Source: a virus
Direction: 5' to 3' (one strand)
IMG/VR virus record: IMGVR_UViG_3300045988_179268
Span: 96,001 to 160,000 of that record
Length of the DNA: 64,000 nt
Of the stretch, positions 48,242 to 56,707 are shown one piece after another (within the stretch, counting starts at the first letter, position 1; each line of letters begins with the position of its first letter). The notes beneath the pieces are model-generated. The model was given only the letters and a program-made list of their open reading frames with translations. It did no database searches and had not been told where the DNA came from. The position numbers and the translations under genes were made by a program.

Positions 48242-48640
48242 ATGTCCTGCGCTGTTAAGATGATGAAGCCCTACACTTACACCACCCTTCCCTTTACCGC
48301 TACCAGCACTGCCCACATGGGCGATGTTGAGTCATGGGTTTCTTCTAAGATGACTCTTGAGTTCGTATCCTGGGATTCAGGTGAGGAGGCTCACGTTACT
48401 TATGGGGTGCAGGCGACTAACCCGGCTAAAGAGCCTGGCGATGACGGCTGGTTGATTGGTCGTGTGACTATGAGTGTTGATGTTGAGGGTGAGGTTGCTC
48501 TGAGTGATGCTCTTATGCGTCGTATGGTGGAAGACTTTAAGGTTGTGATGCGTAATCGTGTAGCGCAGGGTCAGGCTCTTGTGGACTTTGAGGGTGGGGT
48601 TCCGGTCTTTAAGCAGACTGTGACGTTCGCTACCGTGTAG
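48242..48640 (+). CDS. small acidic hypothetical protein
   Basis: 132-aa ORF with promoter, RBS and a downstream hairpin (aaagccg..cggcttt). Confidence 0.6.
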   Translation: MSCAVKMMKPYTYTTLPFTATSTAHMGDVESWVSSKMTLEFVSWDSGEEAHVTYGVQATNPAKEPGDDGWLIGRVTMSVDVEGEVALSDALMRRMVEDFKVVMRNRVAQGQALVDFEGGVPVFKQTVTFATV

Positions 48641-48775
48641 TAGGTGGCATGTGTTAGCTTTAAGCCGTGGGGTGGCTTCCTGTACAGGGGTTGCTTTGCG
48701 GCTTTATTTATGTTTCCTGTGACTTATATGTGGTTGTGGTGTTTCCACCTCGTAGGTTGCCTCAATGTTTCACTG

Positions 48776-48786
48776 TGTGAGATAAT
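48776..48786 (+). promoter_or_regulatory. extended -10 promoter (tgTGaGATAAT)
   Basis: tgtgagataat. The transcript would begin at the RBS-loop hairpin 48793-48812. Confidence 0.45.
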
Positions 48787-48855
48787 GGGTATGAGTACTT
48801 AGGAGGGTGCTCATGTTAATTATTTATTTTCTTGTGAAAGGAAGGTGTGCCTGTT

Positions 48856-49032
48856 ATGGGTGTTGTGAAGGGTGGTCGCTCTTTGGTTCGTGAGTCTGGT
48901 GTGGTTCGTTGGGATGATGGTTCGCGCCTGTTTGGTGAACGGTTTGCGAGCGCCAACTATAAGGTCACTATCGGGCGCGTTAATGTTGGTACTGCTGAGG
49001 TTGGCATTGGGTCGTCTGAGGGGCGGAGGTAA
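48856..49032 (+). CDS. small hypothetical protein (58 aa)
   Basis: ATG after GAAAGGAAGG. Its stop lies next to the GGAGG of the following small gene. A micro-ORF (48813-48893) overlaps it in another frame. Confidence 0.4.
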   Translation: MGVVKGGRSLVRESGVVRWDDGSRLFGERFASANYKVTIGRVNVGTAEVGIGSSEGRR

Positions 49033-49035
49033 GGC

Positions 49036-49209
49036 GTGCCTATTTGGGTTATTGCTTTAGAATCCTATGTCCTAATTATGGTTCTAGTTTTCAGTCTTGG
49101 CATTGCTCTTGATGTGAACATGAGGAGTCTTGTTGAGATGCTTGCAGTGATTCATATACCTGTTCTTATTGCCGCCGGTGTAGCTCACTTTGGGCTACAC
49201 ATAATCTAG
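49036..49209 (+). CDS. 57-aa small membrane protein (below track cutoff)
   Basis: GTG 6 nt after GGAGG (49025-49029). VPIWVIALESYVLIMVLVFSLGIAL...IPVLIAAGVAHFGLHII. Confidence 0.45.
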   Translation: MPIWVIALESYVLIMVLVFSLGIALDVNMRSLVEMLAVIHIPVLIAAGVAHFGLHII

Positions 49210-49247
49210 GTGACTTTCGATTGCCACTTATAACAGGAAGGTGAAGT

Positions 49248-49409
49248 ATGGGTCTGCTGATTATTGTCTTGGTTTTTGTTTTGATTGAGGCTTTACTTTC
49301 TCTTGTTGGGGTGTGTCTTGGTTGGGGTGCCTATGAGTACTTAATGATACATGTTGTACTGTATGGCGTTACGTTTGTTGTGGCAGGTTCCAGTATGACC
49401 TCTGTGTAG
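49248..49409 (+). CDS. 53-aa small membrane protein (below track cutoff)
   Basis: ATG after AGGAAGG. MGLLIIVLVFVLIEALLSLVGVCLGWG...VVLYGVTFVVAG. Confidence 0.45.
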   Translation: MGLLIIVLVFVLIEALLSLVGVCLGWGAYEYLMIHVVLYGVTFVVAGSSMTSV

Positions 49410-49503
49410 ATGACGGCTAGGTGTTGTACGTGGTGTGCGGCTAACTAATATAGTTCTTTGTGTCCCACTTCACACATATTTGGCTTGCATACAGTTTTAA
49501 ATC

Positions 49504-49514
49504 TGTGATAGACT
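49504..49514 (+). promoter_or_regulatory. extended -10 promoter (tgTGaTAGACT), with TTGCAT -35 at 18-nt spacing
   Basis: aatctgtgatagactata is nearly identical to the boxes at 55920 and 57231. Confidence 0.55.
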
Positions 49515-49586
49515 ATAAATATAAGGCAAGCGGGAAAGAAACCCGAAAGCCACGAAGCATCAACCAACTACCGAAGGGTGGCAACC

Positions 49587-49901
49587 ATGTCCGTCGCAAC
49601 TTTCAACTTTGAGCTTTCCGCTGAGGAACTTGCAGAGCTTGCACCCCACGCAAACTACGAGTACTCCAACTGCTGTGAAGTCAAGGTAGACCACATCGAC
49701 ATTAACGACTACGATAACACCATCACCCTTACTCTAGGAAATGACCACGGTGCGCATGAGGTGGATGCTACCCCTGAGTCTGCTGAGGACTTCGAGGCAC
49801 TTACCTCTCGTTACGAGGGAGACGAGATTGCCGGGTACCGTCTCGACAAGGCTATCTACAGCCTCGACCCCGAAGATGGAGAGGTTGAAATCAACATCTA
49901 A
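49587..49901 (+). CDS. small highly acidic protein
   Basis: ATG 49587 follows GAAGGG + 8 nt. By my count 26 D/E versus 4 K/R in 104 aa. Confidence 0.65.
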   Translation: MSVATFNFELSAEELAELAPHANYEYSNCCEVKVDHIDINDYDNTITLTLGNDHGAHEVDATPESAEDFEALTSRYEGDEIAGYRLDKAIYSLDPEDGEVEINI

Positions 49902-49908
49902 ACATTGA

Positions 49909-49945
49909 CAAACCCCCTATGGAGTTAGTACCCATAGGGGGTTTG
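49909..49945 (+). terminator. rho-independent terminator
   Basis: caaaccccctatgg / ccatagggggtttg. Confidence 0.8.
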
Positions 49946-50024
49946 TGTTATATGCTTGTCTTAGCGGTGGAACGGCATTCTCTGTGGCATAGTTAGATAA
50001 TCTTCATAGTGAACCTTTGGCGCG

Positions 50025-50033
50025 TGTTACAAT
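50025..50033 (+). promoter_or_regulatory. extended -10 promoter (TGtTACAAT)
   Basis: gtgttacaat lies 68 nt before ATG 50101. Confidence 0.45.
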
Positions 50034-50100
50034 TGTTGTGTATGGGTTGGGTAGTCCGCCTAGCCGCATAATCCACATTTATTAGCTGGAGAGGGATACT

Positions 50101-50853
50101 ATGACTGAGAATAGCCACAAGGAAGCGCCCGCATGGGTGGAGGTCACTCCTGATACTGTTACTGCGCCCGCTGACTTGTTGCGTGTGGCTAACGTTGTGT
50201 TCGACCTGTTGAGGGCGTTTCGTGTTGATGAAGACCCGGACTTGAAGGAAGCTATTGAGAGGGCTTTAGATTGGGATACGAACGCGGCTAAGGGTAAGGT
50301 GCCCTATCATATTCTGGAGCCTCTAAAGGCTTTGCCTAGCCGTGAGGTCATTGATGCCCGCATTGACTATTATAGGCATGAGATGCAGGCGGGGCGTGTA
50401 GATAACATGTGCGGTATTCCTGCGTTCCTTAGTGGTTCTATGCTTACGGCTGATGAGGTGTCCCGCAATACTGGAATCCCGGAAGATGAGCTTCTACGTG
50501 AAGCGGATTCGTTTGCTTCACGGTTTGTTACAGACCTTGAGTATGAGGATGCTGATGGTAATGAGTCGCCGCGTTTCTACTCAGAACAATTTAAGCCGGA
50601 TGGGACGCTTGATGACCGTAAAGCTGACTATATTTCTGCGGCTGGGAATTACTTTAACGATGCGCCGGGGTTCTTCCATGACGTGTTTTCACCTCAGCTG
50701 ATTTTGGGTTATGTTAGCCCGGTGGCTTATGCCGCTTTGAGCGATGAGCATCTGGAGGCGTGCAAAGAGACGAACCGCCTGTACATGGAGTGCTGGGACA
50801 TCACCGCTGACGACGACATCGAAGACCTAATGTTCCCCTACGAAGAAGAGTAG
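50101..50853 (+). CDS. hypothetical acidic protein, family 2 (HTH-like plus FQF/SP module)
   Basis: LTADEVSRNTGIPEDELLREA, PRFYSEQFKPDG and ILGYVSPVAYAAL parallel 39788..40588. Confidence 0.6.
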   Translation: MTENSHKEAPAWVEVTPDTVTAPADLLRVANVVFDLLRAFRVDEDPDLKEAIERALDWDTNAAKGKVPYHILEPLKALPSREVIDARIDYYRHEMQAGRVDNMCGIPAFLSGSMLTADEVSRNTGIPEDELLREADSFASRFVTDLEYEDADGNESPRFYSEQFKPDGTLDDRKADYISAAGNYFNDAPGFFHDVFSPQLILGYVSPVAYAALSDEHLEACKETNRLYMECWDITADDDIEDLMFPYEEE

Positions 50854-50899
50854 CTGTTTGCACCCTGCATCAACATTCCAATATAGAGTGACTTTAAGG

Positions 50900-50908
50900 T
50901 GTTATACT
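50900..50908 (+). promoter_or_regulatory. extended -10 promoter (TGtTATACT)
   Basis: ggtgttatact lies 40 nt before ATG 50948. Confidence 0.4.
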
Positions 50909-50947
50909 GGTTAGCACGTTTCTCGATATTGCTAGGAGTGGCACGTA

Positions 50948-51142
50948 ATGACTTTCCATATTGATAGTTCGGTACTGTCCGTGCTTTGTGCATGTTCCCT
51001 TGTGCTTTGCCTTTTTGGATTTTTTCGCGCAATGTCTAAGTTTATAGGCGCTACGGATGCGCGTGAAGCTCCCGTTTGGGTTCTTTGGATGGGTGTTTGC
51101 GCGGTTGGTGTTATCCTATCTGTGATGTCCATGATTCTCTAG
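50948..51142 (+). CDS. small membrane protein (64 aa)
   Basis: GGAG RBS. Two hydrophobic helices. Confidence 0.45.
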   Translation: MTFHIDSSVLSVLCACSLVLCLFGFFRAMSKFIGATDAREAPVWVLWMGVCAVGVILSVMSMIL

Positions 51143-51338
51143 CGCATGGGGTTATATCCGCCATCTTTGGGGGCTAATGTTGCCGTGTCTACTTTCACCA
51201 CTGTGGCGGCTATCTATGTGGTGATGTGGTAAAGAAAAGAGTAGAACGGCGTTAAGTTCACACGTTACACCACAGCTACATTCACCTCTTCAAGCCATTG
51301 CCGCCGTTTATCCGCTAATTTCTTTTTAGGAGTAATCT

Positions 51339-51629
51339 ATGTACATAAATATGGATGCCGTGGTTCATTCAGCAATTTTCTTAGCGTTTGCAGGAGTTGG
51401 TGCAATGATGGTGTACCAGGGGTTTGTGACTATCGGGCAAGCTAAGAATAAATTCCAAGCCTTTATAGGGTTCCTTACTGGTATTGTCGGTATCTTCACG
51501 GTGTGTTGGGGTTTGGCGAACGCATTTCCGCATAACCCGAACGCGGGTACACTTCCAGCTAGTACAGGTGACACTAGTTCAGTGAATACTAATAACAGCG
51601 GTGGCGGCGACATCATTAATGGGTTGTAG
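51339..51629 (+). CDS. small membrane protein (96 aa)
   Basis: AGGAG RBS. 3 hydrophobic segments and a G/N/S-rich tail. Confidence 0.5.
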   Translation: MYINMDAVVHSAIFLAFAGVGAMMVYQGFVTIGQAKNKFQAFIGFLTGIVGIFTVCWGLANAFPHNPNAGTLPASTGDTSSVNTNNSGGGDIINGL

Positions 51630-51635
51630 TGCGCC

Positions 51636-51857
51636 ATGTTGGAGGTAGCTGTTACGGGGGCTAATATTGCTTCCGTGTTCCATGTGGTATTTTTCTTGCT
51701 AATTGCGGGCATTGGTCTGTTGTTGGTGATGTTGGCTGTCGGGGTTACTTCATCTCCTCTTGATACTGCAATGGACGCTATTCTAGGTGTAGCTATTGGC
51801 GTTATTGGGATAAGCATGTTCTGCTTTGGGGTGCAGATGGTGTTTCCGCTTAATTAG
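51636..51857 (+). CDS. small membrane protein (73 aa)
   Basis: Starts 7 nt after the previous stop. 2-3 TM helices. Confidence 0.5.
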   Translation: MLEVAVTGANIASVFHVVFFLLIAGIGLLLVMLAVGVTSSPLDTAMDAILGVAIGVIGISMFCFGVQMVFPLN

Positions 51858-52022
51858 AGTTTGGGCACGATTCCCGCTAGTGGGGGGGGTGGTAGTTCGG
51901 TGAGTGTTGAGTTGATGGTGGTTGCTTCGCAATGGTTTGCAACTTATTTGTTGCTTGACAGCGCCACGGCATCCTGTATATTCTAGATACTAATCATTGT
52001 TTTCTATAGGAGTGTGCTTATC

Positions 52023-52445
52023 ATGTTTTTTAGTTCTGTCGCCACTGACTCTTTGTTGCTTTTTGCGATGTTTGGTAGCTTTTTCACGGTATTACCTGGA
52101 ATTGTTCTACAGCTGTTCGCGCTAATGGATGAAGATGAGGAGCCATTCGGTAAGCGACAGTATTTCAACTTGGCAAAAATGACGTTTATGACCGGGGTGC
52201 TGTTTGCTGGCATTGCGGTCTGTATTCATATCTTTGCCCCGGATAATGTGGTTCCTAATAGAAGCTCTGTGCCTGAGTTGTGGGCGATGTTGTGGGTCGC
52301 GCCGGTCATGTCCCTTGTATTATGCTTTGTCACTACTGGGCTAACTGCTTTGGTCGCGGTTCTGTGGCGTGTTCTTGATGCGCTGTTGAAGTACCCTGTC
52401 GGTTGGTGGTGCGCACTAATGGGGCGTACTGGCGACAGTGAATAG
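52023..52445 (+). CDS. membrane protein (140 aa)
   Basis: ATG 52023 is 10 nt after TAGGAG. 4 TM helices. Confidence 0.55.
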   Translation: MFFSSVATDSLLLFAMFGSFFTVLPGIVLQLFALMDEDEEPFGKRQYFNLAKMTFMTGVLFAGIAVCIHIFAPDNVVPNRSSVPELWAMLWVAPVMSLVLCFVTTGLTALVAVLWRVLDALLKYPVGWWCALMGRTGDSE

Positions 52446-52478
52446 TTGCATAACTCGCGATTGATGTCGCGGTAAATT

Positions 52479-52489
52479 TGTGGTACACT
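52479..52489 (+). promoter_or_regulatory. extended -10 promoter (tgTGgTACACT), with TTGATG -35 at 17-nt spacing
   Basis: tttgtggtacact lies 62 nt before ATG 52551. Confidence 0.55.
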
Positions 52490-52550
52490 ATTTTTAAATA
52501 CGAGGCGTTAAGTATCACGCCCAACACATCAACCCCTAAGGGAGTCCCCC

Positions 52551-52946
52551 ATGCGTTTCACGTCTAACTTCAAGTTCAAGGCTGTCACTCCTAGTCCCGA
52601 TAAGCTTGCCGACTTTTGGTGGCATGACGAGTTCGCCGTCGAGAATGTCGAGATTAAGCAGGCGAACGACCCGCAGGAACAAGGCAACTATGTCGTAAAG
52701 TTCACTATTGAAGAGCCTTTCTATCTCCCCTCTAATGATGAGGATGATGACTATGTGCCGGATAACTGGGAACCTTCCAAGATGACTTTTATGCAGTGCG
52801 AACCCGTTCCCTACGGTTTGGCTGTACGCATTAAGGATGAAATTATCCGAATGACGGCAAACGGATATATTGACGCGCCTGACGTTATTAATGGCATGGA
52901 TATGTACGACTTGGAGATTGCCTACGGCGGCATCTCTGGCATGTAG
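52551..52946 (+). CDS. small acidic protein
   Basis: 131 aa. D/E-rich (..PSNDEDDDYVPDNWEP..). Confidence 0.6.
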   Translation: MRFTSNFKFKAVTPSPDKLADFWWHDEFAVENVEIKQANDPQEQGNYVVKFTIEEPFYLPSNDEDDDYVPDNWEPSKMTFMQCEPVPYGLAVRIKDEIIRMTANGYIDAPDVINGMDMYDLEIAYGGISGM

Positions 52947-52995
52947 CATCCCGTGGGCACCCAATACCCAACCAACACCCCTAGAAGGAGGAATC

Positions 52996-54063
52996 ATGGA
53001 TATTTCTGCTGTAAATCGAGGCGACATCCTCATTGATGAACCATACGTCTACCGCGTCCTGACTGTAACGACTGATGGTAAGGCGCGACTACTGCGACCT
53101 AATGGCGACATTGGAACCGCAACCATTACCCCTGATGAGCCTTGGGAGCATGTGCCTAATGCCACGGCTGAGGATTGGCTGTTGTACTGCGCTAAGAGTC
53201 GCGCCGCCCAGCAAATCATCACGAACCTTAGCGGTACTGACCTTAAAGACCCTATTAGCGCATACAACGCCGAACATGGGGCGCTAGGCGTGGAAGTAGG
53301 TCTACAGCTGACCCAACAGCAGAAGCAGGCTATCTGCAAGCGCCTAGACGAATACGCTGAGGCGGTAAGTGAGGCGCGCGCCTGGGTTGCAAAGCAACGC
53401 ATCCGATACAGTGAAGCGACCGCAACGCTGTTTGAGAAGATGCCCGAAGATACCTACAGTATCGCGGAGCCTCGTTACTTCGAGTCACTAACCCACCCTC
53501 AGGTGGAATTGAGGGGTGCAACTCTCGCTGTCGGGCGCGTCTACCGATTCAACTGCAAGAAGAGCAGTAACTCTGCTGGGCGTTCGCGAGGCTATTTCCG
53601 TGTAGACAGCATCAAGGGGAAGAAGGCACATGTAACCCTAGATGACGGTACTACCGGCTACATGTGCATTTCAGACTGGAACGCATGGGAATACCCCCTA
53701 CAGCTAGTAACCAGCACCGAAACCTACGACTGCTCAAACAGGTTCTCGCCTGTAAATGTAGATGACCCCACGGAGGGTTTCGCATACGCCAAATATCTGG
53801 GAACGATGCGTCACCTCGGCGTGGAAGCCGCTAAAGCATACCAGAACCTATTTGAGAAGCCGGAACGTCCCGCAATGCTAACCGGACTGTTCCGTAAAGA
53901 TTTCTACTCGCCTCTCTACACGGGTTCACGCCGCAACCCCAACAACATTCAGGAAGCATACAAGGCGGCTAACCAGGAAATTGAGCAGGTCTATGACCGC
54001 CTCGCAGATACTGAACACGAACTGCGTGACACGCGGGAACTTGTGAGCTTCCTAACAGTGTGA
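52996..54063 (+). CDS. family-1 paralog
   Basis: ATG 52996 follows GGAGG; the tracked start 52870 overlaps the previous gene. EARAWVAKQR and GRVYRFN..GYFRV motifs are shared with 46831..47916. Confidence 0.65.
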   Translation: MDISAVNRGDILIDEPYVYRVLTVTTDGKARLLRPNGDIGTATITPDEPWEHVPNATAEDWLLYCAKSRAAQQIITNLSGTDLKDPISAYNAEHGALGVEVGLQLTQQQKQAICKRLDEYAEAVSEARAWVAKQRIRYSEATATLFEKMPEDTYSIAEPRYFESLTHPQVELRGATLAVGRVYRFNCKKSSNSAGRSRGYFRVDSIKGKKAHVTLDDGTTGYMCISDWNAWEYPLQLVTSTETYDCSNRFSPVNVDDPTEGFAYAKYLGTMRHLGVEAAKAYQNLFEKPERPAMLTGLFRKDFYSPLYTGSRRNPNNIQEAYKAANQEIEQVYDRLADTEHELRDTRELVSFLTV

Positions 54064-54135
54064 ACCGAAGCGAAAAAGTTGCTTTTAGTATCAACGCCTG
54101 ATATACTGTAAGCATCAGACGCACCATAGTGTGAA

Positions 54136-54178
54136 ATACCCCCAAGCCTATAGGGACAGGTTTGGGGGTATTTTTTTT
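54136..54178 (+). terminator. strong rho-independent terminator
   Basis: atacccccaa / ttgggggtat followed by T8. Confidence 0.85.
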
Positions 54179-54652
54179 GTTTGCTTGCAGGTTTCCCAGA
54201 GGTTTGCGACAGTAAGCAACGATGCAACGTGTCGCATTTATCCTCATCTTATTTTCTTAGTTTGCCAATTGTCGCCGTCTCGCAACACTATTATTGCAGT
54301 CGGTTACTCTATAACTCCCTTATGTTGCTTGTAGGTACTGGCTTCTACGCGGTTTTCATGCCAGGTGTTTGCCCCAGGCATTGTTCAGGTGAATACCCCA
54401 GGCATCACGCCCTAGAATTGTGCAGGCGTAGTTCGCGGTTAGTTCATAGTTTATGTCAAGCAATATTCATCTCACCCCGCAAAGGCGACCTTTTGAGCTG
54501 TTCTAGATTGCGATATACGGGTTACATGCATTGCTGAAATGGTGCATGTGAAATATACTCCCGCTATCCCCATGCTGGTTGCCTAGCACTCATAATGGCA
54601 TGGCGTTACCAATTGCTGATAGTGGGAACAATAGAATAGGAGGAACCTACAT

Positions 54653-55831
54653 ATGGTTTCTATTAAATCGTTTGTTGCGCGTGCAAGCGCAGGTGTTCGC
54701 TCTGACATTCTTTCCCTGAGTAACGAGTGTAAGATGCTACTCCCGGATGGGGCTACTTTACGTAGTGCTAAGTACGAGATTTTGACTACCGATAAGCATA
54801 GTGTCGCTATTGGCGACACAAGGTATTATCGTATTCGTGCTTTGCGTAGGATTGAGCGTCCGTTTGGGTTGCCGCCGGTTGAGCCGGGTGACCTTGGCGG
54901 GTATGTTACTTTTGATACTGGAAACTCGCTTTCTAACGAAGGTGATTGCTGGGTCGCTGATGAAGCGTTTGTGTCAGGTTATGTTTCGGGTGATTCTCAG
55001 GTGACTGGTCACGCCCATGTTGGTTACCCATCTACAGTTAGCGGTAAGTCGCTCATTTCTGATTTTGCGCAGGTGATTGACGGTGCCCATGTGGATGAAT
55101 CGTTAGTTACTGGTTTTGCACAGGTGGTTGGTCGTAATTTTGAGGGGCTATACCTTGAAGAGCCTTCGCTTGAACTTCTTGGTGAACAGACGCAGGTGGT
55201 CAATCACTCGTGGGTTTCGGGTCGTGCCCGTGTTTCTGATGGTGCGTATGTGCATAGGTTTAGTTCTATTAAGGGTTCATCTGTTGTGTCTGGTCCCATC
55301 TTTTTGACGAATGGCTCAAGTGTTGCGGGTGTTGTGCTTACAAGCGAGTGTGACATGGTGCTTATTCGTGGTGAGTTTATTGATGAGCCTATGAACATGT
55401 GGGGTTGCCCGAAGGGTATTGTTGTCCACGAGGGTGATGGTAAGATTGAGACTTTGCAGGCGCTTGGTGACATTGACCGTGGAGCTGTCTTACCTTACTT
55501 TGGCGGGGACTATTTACGTTGTGCTAGGACTCCTAAAGAGATAGGTAAGATTTACGGCATTGAGGAACTTGAGTTTCACGATACTGGCAATGGGACATGG
55601 GCAAGCTCTTTTGACAAGAGTATCGAAGCGCCACGCAAGATACTCGTTTCTTCTGCGACTGGCATCGAGTATTTCGAGCCTGCATCCAAAGAGGAAAAGG
55701 CAGAGTATCGCGATAAGATGGTCGAGAAAGCTGAAAGTATGCGTGAGGTTCTTAAAGGGCAACGAGACATAAGGGATACTATTCAGTCTGATGAACGAGC
55801 GGCTTGGCACGCCGAACACCCGGAAGAGTAA
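54653..55831 (+). CDS. beta-helix-like repeat protein with acidic C-terminal coiled coil
   Basis: AGGAGG RBS. Degenerate repeats of the type VSG.S.V.G.A.V (GYVSGDSQVTGHAHVGYPSTVSGKSLISDFAQVIDGAHV..). Confidence 0.6.
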   Translation: MVSIKSFVARASAGVRSDILSLSNECKMLLPDGATLRSAKYEILTTDKHSVAIGDTRYYRIRALRRIERPFGLPPVEPGDLGGYVTFDTGNSLSNEGDCWVADEAFVSGYVSGDSQVTGHAHVGYPSTVSGKSLISDFAQVIDGAHVDESLVTGFAQVVGRNFEGLYLEEPSLELLGEQTQVVNHSWVSGRARVSDGAYVHRFSSIKGSSVVSGPIFLTNGSSVAGVVLTSECDMVLIRGEFIDEPMNMWGCPKGIVVHEGDGKIETLQALGDIDRGAVLPYFGGDYLRCARTPKEIGKIYGIEELEFHDTGNGTWASSFDKSIEAPRKILVSSATGIEYFEPASKEEKAEYRDKMVEKAESMREVLKGQRDIRDTIQSDERAAWHAEHPEE

Positions 55832-55919
55832 GGAATACTAGCATATAAGAGAAGAATGCATCTATGGTAGTATGGATGTTCCACCTCGCCTATATTTGCT
55901 TTGCGCATGGTTTAGAATC

Positions 55920-55930
55920 TGTGATAGACT
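55920..55930 (+). promoter_or_regulatory. extended -10 promoter (tgTGaTAGACT), with TTGCGC -35 at 18-nt spacing
   Basis: aatctgtgatagactata is the same 18-mer as at 49501-49518. Confidence 0.55.
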
Positions 55931-56001
55931 ATAGGTGTAGCAAGGAAGATGATTTCCAATGAAAAGCTACAGCCACTTTCCTAGACTGAGAGGTTGTCGT
56001 T

Positions 56002-56325
56002 ATGCAGACCATTTACAACACTGACCGCCACTTCATTTCCTCTGTGGACATTGCACTTACTGAGGGTGCCATTACTAACGTGGATGAACTGATTGCCGGT
56101 ATTAAGGGCTTCAAGCGTGCCGCCGATGGCTCTGTTGTCTACGGTCCGTATATTGTTCAGAGTGACACGGTGCGCGTTGAGCTTGATGCAGGTATCGAGG
56201 CAACCCTTATTCTTAGCGAGAATGCTGTAGAGATTTCTGCTATTGACCTCGAAGATGGATTTGCTGTTGATATGGTAACGACTCCTGAGGCGAAGGAGTT
56301 GATGGAGTACTTCGAAACTATCTAG
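56002..56325 (+). CDS. small acidic protein
   Basis: 107 aa. ~20 D/E versus 6 K/R by my count. RBS GAGAGG. Confidence 0.6.
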   Translation: MQTIYNTDRHFISSVDIALTEGAITNVDELIAGIKGFKRAADGSVVYGPYIVQSDTVRVELDAGIEATLILSENAVEISAIDLEDGFAVDMVTTPEAKELMEYFETI

Positions 56326-56337
56326 TGCTTAAATACA

Positions 56338-56378
56338 TAAACCCCCTTATTGCAGAGGGCTTGCAACGAGGGGGTTTA
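56338..56378 (+). terminator. rho-independent terminator
   Basis: taaaccccct / agggggttta with an inner ttgca / tgcaa pair. Confidence 0.75.
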
Positions 56379-56659
56379 TGTGCGCCTACTACGGCGTATG
56401 CTCAGTGAATTACTATAAATGGACGTGTTACCCACTATGGATTTTCGCACTACACATGCGGCGTATCATTGGCAAAGCTTCATCGCCTGTAACCTATTGA
56501 AAAAAGGGGGTGTACAAGAAGCTGACATTATGCTATGATTGTAACAACGTTGAATCCTGGGGAGGATGGGACGTTGAAGAGCCTTAGGGTGGGTACCCTA
56601 AGGCTCTTCTTTTTGCCCACTCAGGCATAGTAAGTCAATGTTCGCTACATGTTTATTTC

Positions 56660-56670
56660 TGTGGTACACT
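56660..56670 (+). promoter_or_regulatory. extended -10 promoter (tgTGgTACACT)
   Basis: ttctgtggtacact. TTCGCT -35 at 18-nt spacing. Confidence 0.5.
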
Positions 56671-56707
56671 TGGTTTAATAAGTTTTCTACCGAAAGGGGT
56701 TCACATC

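Noticed and set aside
53969-54819. ORFs in the 54.0-54.8 kb gap on both strands (53969-54247, 53991-54227, 54131-54334, 54181-54537, 54583-54819).
   Set aside because: They overlap one another, run across a strong terminator, lack RBSs and have odd composition.
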